From: Dendrobates tinctorius
Lineage: Eukaryota
NCBI RefSeq assembly: GCF_039654945.1
Contig: NW_027361689.1
Span: 31,744,001-31,808,000 of the forward strand
Length of the DNA: 64,000 nucleotides
Reading direction: 5' to 3'
Shown here: positions 48,031-61,619 of the stretch, piece by piece
Layout: each line of letters begins with the position of its first letter
Numbering within the stretch: position 1 is the stretch's first letter
Translations under genes and position numbers: made by a program
Notes under the pieces: generated by a model
Databases searched by the model: none
The model's input: only the letters and a program-made list of their open reading frames with translations
Told to the model about the DNA's origin: nothing

Positions 48031-51000
48031 GCCATCCCAGCCCTCCGCACTTCACATTGCATCACCTGGAAAATGGCCCCCAGGGTGCAGTGGAGAACCT
48101 AAATAAATCATAAACCAAAGAGTGGTGGATACCCACCAAATAATACACATATACAATGGTAACAAATAAGGGACTGGAAGTATGGAGCATCAAGGGACAT
48201 GAAGATGTGCTGCAAAGAAAGCACAAAGGTCCTACGAGACGTCCGACACACTGCATAAATGCTCCCAGACTGGTCCTCTTGTGAAGTTCAACCACAGACT
48301 GAGCTTCTTAGGAGAATCGCAATTCCTCAATACCGCGGTAACACAGCATATAGCATAAGGGATCAAACACTTGCTGGTTCTAAGGAAGCAAAAAAAAAAT
48401 GAAGTAAAAATTAGAAAAAAAAAAATTAAAAATAAATATAAAATTCTTCTCACCAACCACTAAAAATAAAAAAATAAAAAACAAACCTAAATCAAATATT
48501 CTTTATATCATCTTCTCCAAAAAAAATTACTCTGATCTATCAACATCTAAAAATATTTAAACCATATATTAGGTGGTAAAAAAAAAGAAAAAAGTCAGGA
48601 TGCCAGAATCATCATTTTTCGGTAGTTGAACATTCGCAAAAATTAAAAAAAAAAAGCTACAGTATATCTACCACAAAATTGTAGGGATAAAAACATCAGT
48701 TCAGGGCTCAAAAAAACAAAACAAAAAACAAGTCCTCACACAGCTTGTTAGCCGAAAAATATGCAGGTCTCAGGAAAAGGCGATACAATTATTTTCACCA
48801 TTAAAATAATTAAAAATAGCTGGGCAAGTTTGGTATCACGGTAATTGGACTGTGCCGGACAATAATGTTTCCATGTTAATTTTATCACACAATGAACAGC
48901 TGTATAAAAAAAAAAATTGCAATGATGGAATTGCAGATTTTTTTTCGCAATTGGAATTTTTCACCCCCATTTTCCAGTACGTTATATGGTAAAATGAATG
49001 ACGCCATTCTAAACTATATCTCTATTGATGGGGATAATGTGCGGTTTATCGGTACCAATTTATAAAAGCCGTACATCTGAATGATGTAAAATGGCGTAAT
49101 ATGGTGGTGAAGGGTTAAATTGCGCCACACGATATTTTGCGTACCGGTGTGCATCTAGCAAGCTCAGCGCTGCTGCATGTTTATGAAGGAACCAGAATCA
49201 TGGAAATAGCAATAGTTTAGTTCGCCACGATGGAAACTATTTTTTATGTTCCCATCATGGCTAAATATATCTATATGGAAATTCGACATTGGGACCTGTA
49301 GTTCTCAGACGTCCGTTATCCAGAAGTGATCCAGCCGAAAGGAGAAGAATTGATCTTTTATTTTATAGTTCCCATTCCTTATAATTGCACTTTTGACTTT
49401 GGCTAACAAGCTGCAACCAATACAAGTTTTTTTCCTCCAAATTTTACATTTTTTTTTTTTGTACAGACATAGGATATGCCACAACTTCCTGACCGGTATT
49501 TATCCCACCTTGTTAGTATGGTAGTTCGGTCATCTCAATTTTCTGTACACATCAAATAGCTTCTTCCTTGGCTTTTTCCATGTGTTAAAGTGATTAATAG
49601 CATTACTCGTAATGGCGAAAACAAAAAAGGGTCCAGAAATGGGGTATAAAAAATGGCCTCGTTTTTTGGCATGCCAATTTATATAGGACCCTCCTCACAC
49701 CTATGGCATTTGAATGAAAAAGAGTATTTATGACTCCTGTACCTAACCTTAAAATGAATGGAGATGACAGACTAGACTCCCATAAGCTAATGCAGACTTG
49801 ATCCCTTAAATAAATCCAGACCACACACAACTCCCCCCAAATCGGAATTCATCACAAAGACTTTAACACTTAATCTGAGAGCAGCATAATGTAGGGACAG
49901 AGGCTCTGATTCCAGCGATGTGTCACTTGCTGAGCTTCTTCCTGTAGGTTTGATAAAGTCACCGTTTTAGTAGTAGGAAATTTTCACTGGAGAACTAGTA
50001 AACTTACTGCCTATGCACAGTGTATACAGAAAGCTGCCAATCAGAGGTGTGGGTGGGGTTATACAGAGCTCAGCATTTAGAGAACTGCTAGATCTGCAGC
50101 AGAGAAAACAGGGATTTTATCAAAATGAAAGTAGGTAGCCCTTACATCATGCTGCTCTGAAGATGAGGTAGCAAAAACCTTGTGACAGATTCCCTTTAAA
50201 TTTTTATGAGACATTTTGGAAAAGTTATTTTTTGGACTGAATCACGCTTTTCAGCCTTTTGATTTTGCAGTATCTTGTGTGAAAAAGATTCCACCAGAAT
50301 CCATTTCAGGGAATTGACATGCATTTTTTTTCTCACCTTTTTCAAAAGGTTTTCAGGGAAAAATGATCAAAACAAGTCTTTAAAAGAACCGCAAAGTGGA
50401 TTTACCATAACAATTAATAAAATAAAGTTTCCAAAAGTTTTTGAAGCAGCTTTTGAAGAGCAAATCCACTAAAAAAAAACTGTGTGTGACCATAGCCTAA
50501 GCGCATGTCCCTAGATCCTGATGGAATTTGCTCCAAACTACCACTGTCCAATCAAATCACTTCAAAAAAGGCTTCAAGGAAAAAAACTCTTCCTTCAAAA
50601 CAGCCTTGTGAAAAGTAAAACTCACCATAAAAGGACTTTCCAGGGAAGTGGTTTCTGCATGAAAATGTCTTTGTTTCTGAACGCCTTGAAAAACAGGCCC
50701 TGGTTTATAAAACCGCTAAGTTTTAAAGAAAAGCGTAGTGGAGTAAGAGGAAGTGGCCTCATCAGAATGCCACTTTATGAATCAGGCTCATCTTGCACGT
50801 GGCGTGCACCTCCAATTTCTGGTGAAAGGTACCCTGCGTCTGGCGAAAGCTACGTCCCTATCCTGCCAATGTTGTGACCAATTCAATGGAGGTGGCTGGG
50901 ACTGGCGTGAAAATGTCAAAAGTTGCAAAATGTTTGCACTACGATTTGTGATGTAAACCTTCTGGCGACATTTCAATGTGTTCCACACCAATTTCCTGGC

Positions 51001-51325
51001 GACATCACTTTGGTGAATCGGGTTCTATGTGTGAACATACACTTAAGACTCCTCAATGTCTCAAGGTCAGATTCAGTTTATGGTAGTAATATAAAGTGAC
51101 TAAATGCAGCTAGCCAAAGGGGCTAATGGTAAGTTAGAGCAATAAGAGACCGGGAGACCTGCTCTGGACTGCTAACAAATTGAATATGCCAGGAAAGGGA
51201 GACGAAGAGTGCAAGTCGCTTCTGAAACTGTATGGACCTGGAAGTGCCTTCAGAAATGTGGAAGTTTAAGGGCTTGGCCTGGGAACAATGTGCTCTCAGT
51301 GGCCTTGACTGCGAGCGTTGCTTAC

Positions 51326-51676
51326 CTCCACAACAAGCCACCAACATGGAAAGCACCATCCAATATGGAGGTACTGGTACTTGGGACGTTCAAAGCAGTA
51401 TTAACCCTTCACAATTATGTAGTCTCCAGCAGTCTCCTTTTAGTCTCTTCACCTCTTGGAAAAGGCATGATGGAATAGTCATCTCTCAGTCTGTCCATAT
51501 TTCAGGCCATGTCAAGCTCTCAGCTTCACTCAAGCGTCTCTTTCGAGGCTCCGTCAGTTTCCCATCAGAGTACTGTTTTTCGGAGTTTGCTAAAGAAATC
51601 CTGACGTCGGTGGAAAGCAACGTATTAATGTAAACTTAACCTTATCAGGATGACAGCTTTTTAATTGAAGAAAGTC
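51326..51676 (-). other. Candidate non-coding or decayed exon (351 bp)
   Basis: Acceptor ctctgtgatcttctgattgcag|G and donor GAG|gtaagc in unique-looking sequence; stops in all frames. Confidence 0.35.
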
Positions 51677-52087
51677 CTGCAATCAGAAGATCACAGAGTA
51701 AGAACCACTCTTAGTTTATGCCTCTGCTTAAAAGATGGGGTACAAATCTTACAACTATAGTGCCCACATTGCCAACAGCCACGTGGCCTTATAATTTCAG
51801 TTATAACACCTACTGCCATATAATACGGAGGGCCATTGCATCAAATGGTTGCAAATTTTGCCGCACAACGTTTTGTGTCGCAAAAATGCAACTGATAATG
51901 TTGGCTAGTTTTGAAATGTGTCTAGAAAAGTCAACTTGGCGATCTAGCCAAATACACACGTGGTCAAAATTGTTGGTACCCCTCATTTAATGACAGAAAA
52001 ACCCACAATGGTGACAGAAATAACTTGAATCTGACAAAAGTAATAAAAGGCTTCTTTTACACTTACCGGGTTTTTTGCATCTTTTTT

Positions 52088-52560
52088 AAGATAAGATAAG
52101 ATAATCCTTTAAGGCTGCATGCACACGCTGCGGATTCCGCTGCGTTTCCGCAGCGGTTTTGGCCGCTGCGGACCCACAGCAGTTTTAGCTGCGGTGTACA
52201 GTACCATTCAAATGAATGGGAAAAAAAAACCGCTGTGCCGACGCTGCGGAAAAAACCGCGCGGATTTGCTGCGGTTTTGAATCCGCAGAAAGAATTGCAT
52301 GTCAATTCTTTCTGCGGAAACTGCTGCGGGTTCCTATCTCCACCATTGTGGAGATAGTGAATCCGCAGGACCAAACCGCAGGCAAAACCGCAGATAATCC
52401 GCAGGTCTTTGGACCTGCGGATTATCTGCGGTATTTGCAAAATCCGTGCGGATTAATCCGCAGCGGATTCCGCAGCGTGTGCACGTACCTTATTTGTCCC
52501 ACCATGGGGAAATTCAGAGCATTACAGCAGCAAGGCAGGAACAAGTACAGATACTGATGC
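52088..52560 (-). mobile_element. Rex1/Babar-like LINE 3' tail, split by a palindromic MITE (52112-52490)
   Basis: aagataagataagataatccttt...tatttgtcccaccatggggaaatt is the reverse of a (TATCT)n tail. The MITE has ggctgcatgcacacgctgcgg / ccgcagcgtgtgcacgtacc ends. The family assignment is from recall. Confidence 0.5.
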
Positions 52561-52585
52561 ATAAAGGCATTACATTGACAGTAGG

Positions 52586-53353
52586 TGTAGGGAAGGTGAC
52601 CTGACGGACGGACGGGCTAGTCAGAGTGAAGATGGAAAGGTTTGCACAGTGTAGGTAGGTGTCAGTTATTACAGTGGGAAACAGCTAGGAAAGTGTAGTG
52701 GACGTGCAATACCGGGGTTGACCATTAGATGGCAGGGAGGAGTGTGAGCAAAGGACTTGACAACAGCTTAGGGCTTTAGAAACCGTTGGTCATGGGGGTG
52801 GGGTTACAGTGACAGGGGACCGGGAGAGCTATAAATACTGAGGGAGGGTTCCAGAAGGTGCCAGTCCCCAGGGGGAGCTCCAGTGACAGGAGGACTGCGA
52901 CGGTCTGTGCGCTGTGAGGAGAATCTAAACCAGGGGGACTGAGGAGAGAGAACATCAGGGGGGTGGTCCTGACAGGAAGGACCGCAGAAGGGACGAGGCA
53001 TTGGGTGTGAGACACCATATTTGACACGACAACTGATCAGTGGAAGCGCTGTTGGTTTAAGGGCCTAAGGCGGCCACAGTGACGGACCTGTCAGGAGCGT
53101 CGATGAGTGAAGAGGGGACGGTGTGTGCATACACGTCCCTCAGTGTAACGTACGGTGTGTAAGAAGCGGCACTGGAAACGGAGGGCCGTGAGGAAAAGGA
53201 AGTGCGGTGTGCTTCTGAGGCTGTCAGGCGGACGGCAAGTGAGAAATAAACCTGGACTTGTTGCACCCAGAATCTGCCTCCATCGTGTCTCTGTTTTTAT
53301 CTTTGCGTGGTAAGAAGAGGGACCACCCCCCAGCTCGGCCCACCGACCCTACA
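52586..53353 (+). mobile_element. Solo LTR (768 bp)
   Basis: TGTAGGG...CCCTACA termini; 4-bp target duplication tagg; TATAAA near 52830 and AATAAA near 53245. Confidence 0.8.
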
Positions 53354-53679
53354 TAGGTAGGTACAGATCTGAAAAAAAAAGATATAACCGGACTATCACA
53401 ACTTTGGATCTATCAGTTCACTGTTTTGCGGGACATGTCGCCGCAATTTTCACAGTCTGACGCAATAACGGACCTGAATAAACTTGCAGATCTCCGTTTT
53501 TCTGGTTTCCAATACTATGGAAAAAGTATTGGAAAAAAAAGGCGTTACGCAAAAACAGAAGTCACGGTGCACTGCAAAACCAAACTTCCGTTGTTTTTGC
53601 GGCCCTATTGATTTTCATGGGTGCCATATCCGTAAGCCGTGAAAAAGATCAAACAGGCTCAGTCTTTTTTCACGGGTGT

Positions 53680-56098
53680 AACATTTGTTAACATTTGTTG
53701 GGAATCTCTCTCAGGCAAAACTAACAGGTCAAGAAAATTCTTATCCTCTCTTGCTGACAACTTTATCTCCCAAAAGGTAAGGGAGAAAACAAGGGGAACT
53801 GCTACCTTGGATCTAATCCTGAAAAACAGGGAGGAAATGGTTGAGGAGGTAAAAGTGGCTGGGACCCTAGGAGGTAGCGAACATGCTATTTTAGAATTTT
53901 GGATAACTAGAGGAGGAAGACCTGTGAAGACTCAGACGTCAAGGTTAGATTTCAGAAAGGCAGATTTTAAGGGATTCAGAAAGAGAATTGGAGGGATCCA
54001 ATGGCTGGATATCCTTAAAGACAAAAATGTCCAGGAAGGATGGGAAATCTTGAAAAATGAAATTCTCAAAGCACAGTTGTTAACAATTCCGAAAAGAGGG
54101 AAGAATAGGAAGCATTTAAGGAAACCAGGATGGATGAACACAGAACTTAAGCACATGCTAAAAAGGAAGAAAGAAATGTTTATAAAATGGAAAGAGGGAG
54201 GCATATCTAAAGAAGAATATAATGCTGTCTGCAGAACCTGCAGGGCACAAATCAGATTAACTAAAGCTGAAAATGAATTGAGGTTTGCAAGAGATGTCAA
54301 AAGTAATAATAAAGGATTTTGGGGATATGTCAAAAGTAAAAGAAAAGTCAAAGATGCTATAGGATTTTTACAGGATGAAAATGATGAAATGGTAAGACAG
54401 GATGTTGAGAAGGCTGAACTTTTAAATTCCTAGTTTGCATCTGTTTTCTCTCAGAAAGGAAATGTAACATCAACTGTTCTTCACTGTCCTATTAAGGGAA
54501 TAGAAGAATCCAGGATATCTATAAACAGAAAGATAGTGAGGAAACACTTAGCTAACCTAAATGAATTCAAGTCTCCAGGTCCAGATGAATTACACCCCAG
54601 AGTACTGAAGGAGATAGCAGAAGAAATTTTTGAACCCCTCTCCATAATCTTTGAAAATTCTTGGAGAACAGGAGAAGTGCCAGAAGACTGGAGAAGAGCA
54701 AATGTTGTTCCTATCTTCAAAAAAGGGAAGAAGGTGGACCCAGGCAACTATAGGCCGGTGAGTCTGACTTCTATACCAGGAAAGATCTTTGAACAAATTA
54801 TTAAACATCATGTATGTCAATACCTGGATAAGAATGAAGTGATTAAACAGAGTCAGCATGGGTTTGTAACTAATAAGTCATGTCAGACTAACTTAATTTC
54901 TTTCTATGACGGTATCACTGATTGGGTGGATCAAGGAAATGCTGTAGATATAGTATATCTTGACTTCAGCAAAGCATTTGACAAAGTCTCTCATACAATC
55001 CTTATTGAAAAAATGACTAAGTGTGGAATGGACAAGGCAACTGTTAGGTGGATTCATAACTGGCTTAGTGATCGGACCCAAAGAGTGGTCGTAAATGGCT
55101 GCACATCCAGTTGGAAGAATGTCTCAAGTGGGGTACCACAGGGCTCTGTCCTGGGCCCTGTATTGTTCAACATCTTTATCAACGATTTAGATGAAGGAAT
55201 TGAGGGTAAACTGATTAAATTTGCTGATGACACAAAGCTAGGAGGGATAGCTAATACTAGAGAAGAGAGAGAGAGGATTCAAAAAGATTTAAATAAACTG
55301 GAGAAGTGGGCAGCAACTAACAGAATGGTTTTTAACAGGGAGAAATGCAAAGTTCTACATCTGGGCAATAAAAATGAAAAAAGCATATATAGAATGGGAG
55401 GAATAGGGCTAAGTGACAGCACATGTGAAAAAGACTTGGGTATACTAATAGATCACAGAATGAATATGAGTCAACAGTGTGATGCAGCAGCAAAAAAGGC
55501 AAATGCAATTCTAGGATGTATTAACAGAAGCATACAGTCTAGATCACGTGAAGTCATTATTTCCCTCTACTCCTCTTTGGTCAGACCTCATCTGGAATAT
55601 TGTGTCCAGTTTTGGGCACCACATTTTAAAAAAGACATCAACAAACTGGAGCAAGTTCAGAAAAGAGCGACCAGAATGGTGACCGGTCTGCAAACCCTGT
55701 ATTATGAGGAAAGGTTGCAGGATTTGGGAATGTTTACTTTGCAAAAGAGAAGACTGCGAGGAGACTTAATAGCTGTCTACAAATATCTAAAGGGCTGTCA
55801 CATTGTAGAAGGATCAACTTTATTCTCATTTGCACAAGGAAAGACTAGAAGCAATGGGATGAAACTGAATGGGAGGAGACACAGATTAGATATTAGAAAA
55901 AACTTTTTGACAGTTAGAGTGATCAATGAGTGGAACAGGCTGCCACGAGAAGTGGTGAGTTCTCCTTCAATGGAAGTCTTCAAACAGAGGCTGGACAGAC
56001 ATCTGACTGGGATGCTTTAGCGAATCCTGCTTTGAGCAGGGGGTTGGACCAGATGGCCCAGGAGGTCCCTTCCAACTCTACGATTCTATGATTCTATG
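53680..56098 (+). mobile_element. 5'-truncated CR1 LINE (ORF2 endonuclease end plus RT)
   Basis: ORF 53639-54433 continues in frame past a single TAG to 56020. Motifs [37 protein letters not shown] and KFADD; canonical 3' end ggtcccttccaac...gattctatgattctatg. Confidence 0.93.
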
Positions 56099-56189
56099 GC
56101 CCTCACGGCCATACGGCGCTCCGTGGAATTATTGCGACCCGTTTTTGCGGTCCCATAGAAATCTATTGGGGACACAAAAACACGGTAAG

Positions 56190-56416
56190 GCCGGGGTCAC
56201 ACTAACCGGCGCAAAATACGGTCCGTAGTTTACAGGCGTAATACGGGCGTAGTACGCTGACAATCGCAGCATGCTGCGATTGGCACGGACCGTAGAATAC
56301 GCCCGAGAAATATACGGCTGTTGGGAGCAAACCCATAGAGAATCATTGGTCCGTGTGTAATGCGTGCTTTTAACGCCTCTCACTCGTCCGTATTCCTCGC
56401 CAGTGTGACCCCGGCC
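56190..56416. mobile_element. PIF/Harbinger-like MITE with TAA duplication
   Basis: taa|ggccggggtcacact...agtgtgaccccggcc|taa. Confidence 0.75.
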
Positions 56417-56867
56417 TAAGTGTAAAAGTGTAGGGACTCGTAATCGTGTGCTGGCCATCCCGCCTAATCGAAAAGTAGGGATATGACTAATAGGCTGTGA
56501 GCCAGACACTATGCAGTAATCTTGTGTGATCAACGCCCTATGTGGGCCTTTATTGTGCAATTGTATACTGGGCAGTCACCCCCTCCAGGAATGGGTAGGT
56601 GGAGAGTGGCTGTTGATCTGGTACTTTGCATCTGTGTTGCTAACATCTATCTTTATGGGCTAGCTACACCCTGTAGTTCATTTGTTCCAAGATCGGCTTC
56701 AGTTTTGTCTGTTGTTTAAATTAAGTGCAAAAGAACCCTAAATCAAAATCTATGAAAATGAACAAATGAAAGTCAGAGATTGCTTTTCAACCATGCTTCC
56801 ACAGAATTTTTCAAAAAATAAAACTCATGAAATAAGCCTGGACAGAAATGATGGCACCCTAAACTTA

Positions 56868-57359
<492 letters not shown>

Positions 57360-57511
57360 TCAGTGAACATAGAGCTCATGTGCCTTGCCAAAAAGTTTCA
57401 TTTTTGTCTCATCTGTCCATAGGACATTCTCCCAGAAGCTTTGTGGCTTGTCAACGTGTAGTTTGGCAAATTGCAGTCTGGCTTTTTTATGATTTTTTTT
57501 TTTTAACAATG

Positions 57512-60500
57512 GTAATTTATATCCTGGCCACTGCATTCACACACATCCACCGCCCTGGCATTAACTCTCCACACTCCATCCATATCGGCCCCTCACTCCT
57601 TTCCTCTCCTATGTATAGCACTCACACTCTTTTCACATTGATAAATTGCACAGATCCATTCAGTCTCACCATTCAACATAAGAGATGCTCCCACAAATCA
57701 CTCAACCATCTGCTCACTCTTTCTGTCCTCCTTCTCCTAGTCACAGGAGACATTGCTCCCAACCCTGGTCCCCCATGTTATAGAAAGTCAAACCCCCTAA
57801 CTGCTACACTCAGAAACCACTCTAATCTTATTAATATTCCCTGCATGCCTTCTGTCTCTCTTAATTGTGCCCTTTGGAATTCTCACTCAGTGTGTAATAA
57901 ACTCTCCTTCATTCATGACTTTTTTCTTTCTAATTCTCTTAACCTCCTGGCTCTTACTGAAACCTGGATTCAGCAGTCAGACGCTACCGCTGCTGCTGCT
58001 CTTTCATATGGGGGATTACACTTCTCTCATACCCCAAGATCAGACAAAAGAGTAGGTGGAGGCGTTGGTCTGCTTCTATCACCAAAATGTACCTTTCAGG
58101 TTATCTCTCAAGTATCCTCACTAGTCTTCCCTTCTTTTGAGGTCCATGCTGTCAGACTCTACACCCCCTTCTCCATGCGAGTGGCGGTAGTGTATCGTCC
58201 CCCCTGGCCCCTCCCATCAGTTCCTGGATCATTTTGCCACTTGGCTTCCACATTTTCTCTCCTGTGACATCCCTACCCTCATCATGGGCGATTTCAACAT
58301 CCCCATTGCTCTTCCCCTCTCCCCATCTGCTACTCACCTTTTATCTCTAACCTCCTCGTTTGTCCTTTCACAGCTTACTAGTTCTCCAACGCATGAAGAC
58401 GGAAACTCCCTCGACTTGATCTTCTCTCGGCTTTGTGAAGTGGATGATTTCACAAACTCCCCTCTCCTGCTCTCTGATCACAACCTTCTTTCATTCTCTA
58501 TCAAGAACTGCCAGGCCGCTCAGGTCACTCCCACTGTCCATACTTATAGAAACATACAGGCCATTAAAACCCAGAAACTTACGATGAACTTGCAGTCTTC
58601 ATTGGCCCCTATCTCCTCCCTCTCATGTCCTGATTCTGCACTGAAGCATTACAATGAAACACTTCAAACTGCCCTAAATGATTTTGCACCTCCTATACAT
58701 AGAACAACACGACAAAGACAGCGATAACCCTGGCACACCCTGCAAACACGTTTCCTGCAGCGGTGCTCCAGGTGTGCTGAATGTCTATGGAGAAAATCCA
58801 AACTTTACGAAGATTTCATCCATTATAAGTTCATGCTTAGAACATACAACACTGCCCTTCACCTCTCCAAACAAACCTATTTCAACACCCTCATCACCTC
58901 ACTGTCCAATAACCCGAAACGTCTCTTTGACACTTTTCATTCCCTGCTCAACCCAAGAGTGCAGGCCCCAACCAGAGCTTCGAGCTGACGATCTGGCCAA
59001 TTACTTCAAAGAAAAAATTGATCATATCCGACAGGAAATTATCTCCCAATCACCTCATACCATGCACTGTCCTCCCTCCTCCACTGCATCTAGCTCACTC
59101 TCTGAGTTTGAACCAGTCACAGAAGAAGTAAGCAGGCTCCTTGCATCTTCTCGCCCAACCACTTGCACCAGTGACTCATTTCCGTCACATCTGCTCCAGT
59201 CCCTTTCCCCTACTGTCATCCCTCACCTAACTAAAATATTTAACCTCTCTCTCTTTTCTGGTATCTTTCCCTCCTTATTTATGCATGTCATCATACATCC
59301 ACTACTTAAAAAACCATCCCTCGACCAAAACTGTGCCGTTAACTATAGACCTGTCTCTAATCTTACCTTCATCTCTAAACTCCTGGAATGCCTGGTCCAC
59401 TCCCATCTGATCCGCTATCTCTCTGATAGCTCTCTTCTCGACCCTCTCCAATCCGGTTTCCGCTCTCTACACGCTACTGAAACTGCCCTCACTAAAGTCT
59501 CTAATGATCTACTAACAGCTAAATCTAACGGTCACTACTCCATGCTAATTCTCTTGGATCTCTCTGCAGCATTCGACACGGTGGATCATCAGCTCCTCCT
59601 CACTATGCTCCACTCCATCGGCATCAAGGACACCGTTCTCTCCTGGTTTTCCTCCTATCTCTCTGACCGCTCCTTTACTGTATCTTTTGCTGGCTCCTCC
59701 TCCTCTCATCTTCCCTCTTACTGTTGGGGTTCCTCAAGGATCGGTTCTAGGCCCCCTCCTCTTCTCCTTGTACACTGCCCCTATTGGTCAAACAATCAGT
59801 AGATTTGGTTTCCAGTACCATCTCTATGCTGATGACACCCAATTATATGCTTCTTCTCCTGACATCACGCCAGCCTTTCTAGAAAACACCGGCGATTGTC
59901 TAAACGCTGTGTCTAACATCATGTCCTCACTATATCTGAAACTGAACCTGTCAAAGACTGAACTCCTTGTGTTTCCTCCCTCTACTAATGCACCTATACC
60001 CGACACTGCCATTTCCGTGTGTGGTTCCACTATTACTCCCCAGCAACATACCCGCTGTCTTGGGGTCATTCTTGACTCTGAGCTTTCATTCACCCCCCAC
60101 ATCGAATCACTGGCTCGCTCTTGTTATCTGCATCTCAAAAACATTTCTAGAATTCGACCTTTTCTTACCTTTGACTCTGCAAAAACTCTTACTGTTTCTC
60201 TTATTCATTCTCGTCTGGACTATTGGAACTCTTTTCTAATCGGTCTCCCTCTTACCAAACTTTCCCCCCTCCAATCTGTCTTGAATTCTGCAGCCAAAAT
60301 CATATTCCTCGCCAATCGTTACACCAATGCCTCTACCTTGTGCCAGTCCTTACACTGGCTATCCATCCACTCCAGAATCCAGTACAAACGTATTGCCCTC
60401 ACCCACAAAGCACTCCATGGCTCAGCACCACCCTACATCTTCTCCCTTGTTTCAGTCTACCACCCTACCCGTGCCCTCCATTCTGCTGATGACCTGAGGT

Positions 60501-60790
60501 TAGCATCCTCAATAATCAGAACCTCCCACTCCCGTCTCCAAGACTATACACGTGCTGCGCCAATTCTTTGGAATGCACTTCCCAGGTCAATACGAGTACT
60601 CCCCAATCCCTACAATTTTAAGTGTGCCCTGAAAACTCATTTATTCAGACTGGCCTATCGCCTCAACACATTAACCTAATCTATCCCTAGGTGGCACAGC
60701 CAAATGTTTTACCATAACCAGGGTCCCCGTATCATGTTCCCACATGCTTAATGCATCTATTAGCCCTCTGCGACCGTACTGTTACACACT
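57512..60790 (+). mobile_element. L2-clade LINE, near-complete ORF2 with frameshifts
   Basis: APE endonuclease (LWNSHSVCNK, LTETW, GGGVG, GDFN, LDL, SDH) and RT ([36 protein letters not shown]) spread over four ORF pieces; C-terminal ...KTHLF. Ends are approximate. Confidence 0.9.
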
Positions 60791-61619
60791 TAACATTATG
60801 GCTGGTGCTTCGCTTCCTCTGGTCCTTGTTGAGTGTGATACACACCATGTCACCAAACAGCAGAGTGATTATCTGTAGTCTCTATACAGGCCACTCACTG
60901 ATTCCAAAATTGTAGACACCTGTGATGCTAATTAGTGGACACACCACAATTTAACATGTCCCTTTTGTCACATGATTTTCAGGGGTACCATCATTTCTGT
61001 CCAGGCCTATTTCATGAGTTTTATTTTTTAAAAATTCTGTGGAAACATGGCTGAAAAAGCAATGTCTGACTTTCATTTGTTCATTTTCATAGATTTTTGA
61101 TTTATTATTACTTTTGTCAGATTCAAGTTATTTCTGTCACCATTGTGGGTTTTTATGTCACTAAACGAGGGCTACCAACAATTTTCACCACGTGAGTATT
61201 ATCTAGCCAGGTTTATTAATTGCATCTAGAGATAGAGCAAATTGATTCTTCAGATCCAGTCCAGCGGCCATGACAGTAGTCTGTGGCCGTCACACAGGAA
61301 CCGCCTCTTATGTGTCGGCATCCATGTCTCCTCTTTTGATTAGGCTAACTTACACACAGTTGGCTAATGAAAAGAAATGCCACAGATGTCAGGAGGTGGT
61401 TCTCGGCGCTGATGTCCGACTGCCAGAGAATACTGACCAGACCCTTTGACTGGATCTGGAGAATCAATTCACATAAATTCCAATTGCAACTTACAAAACT
61501 GGAATAATTCTCTTCTCACTCCACTTATGGAGATGATGTAAAAAATGCAAAACCCACTTTACACAGATGTTTTATTTGAGGAAAGTGACAGGGTCATTGA
61601 TGATAAACTAAGTTGGCTG

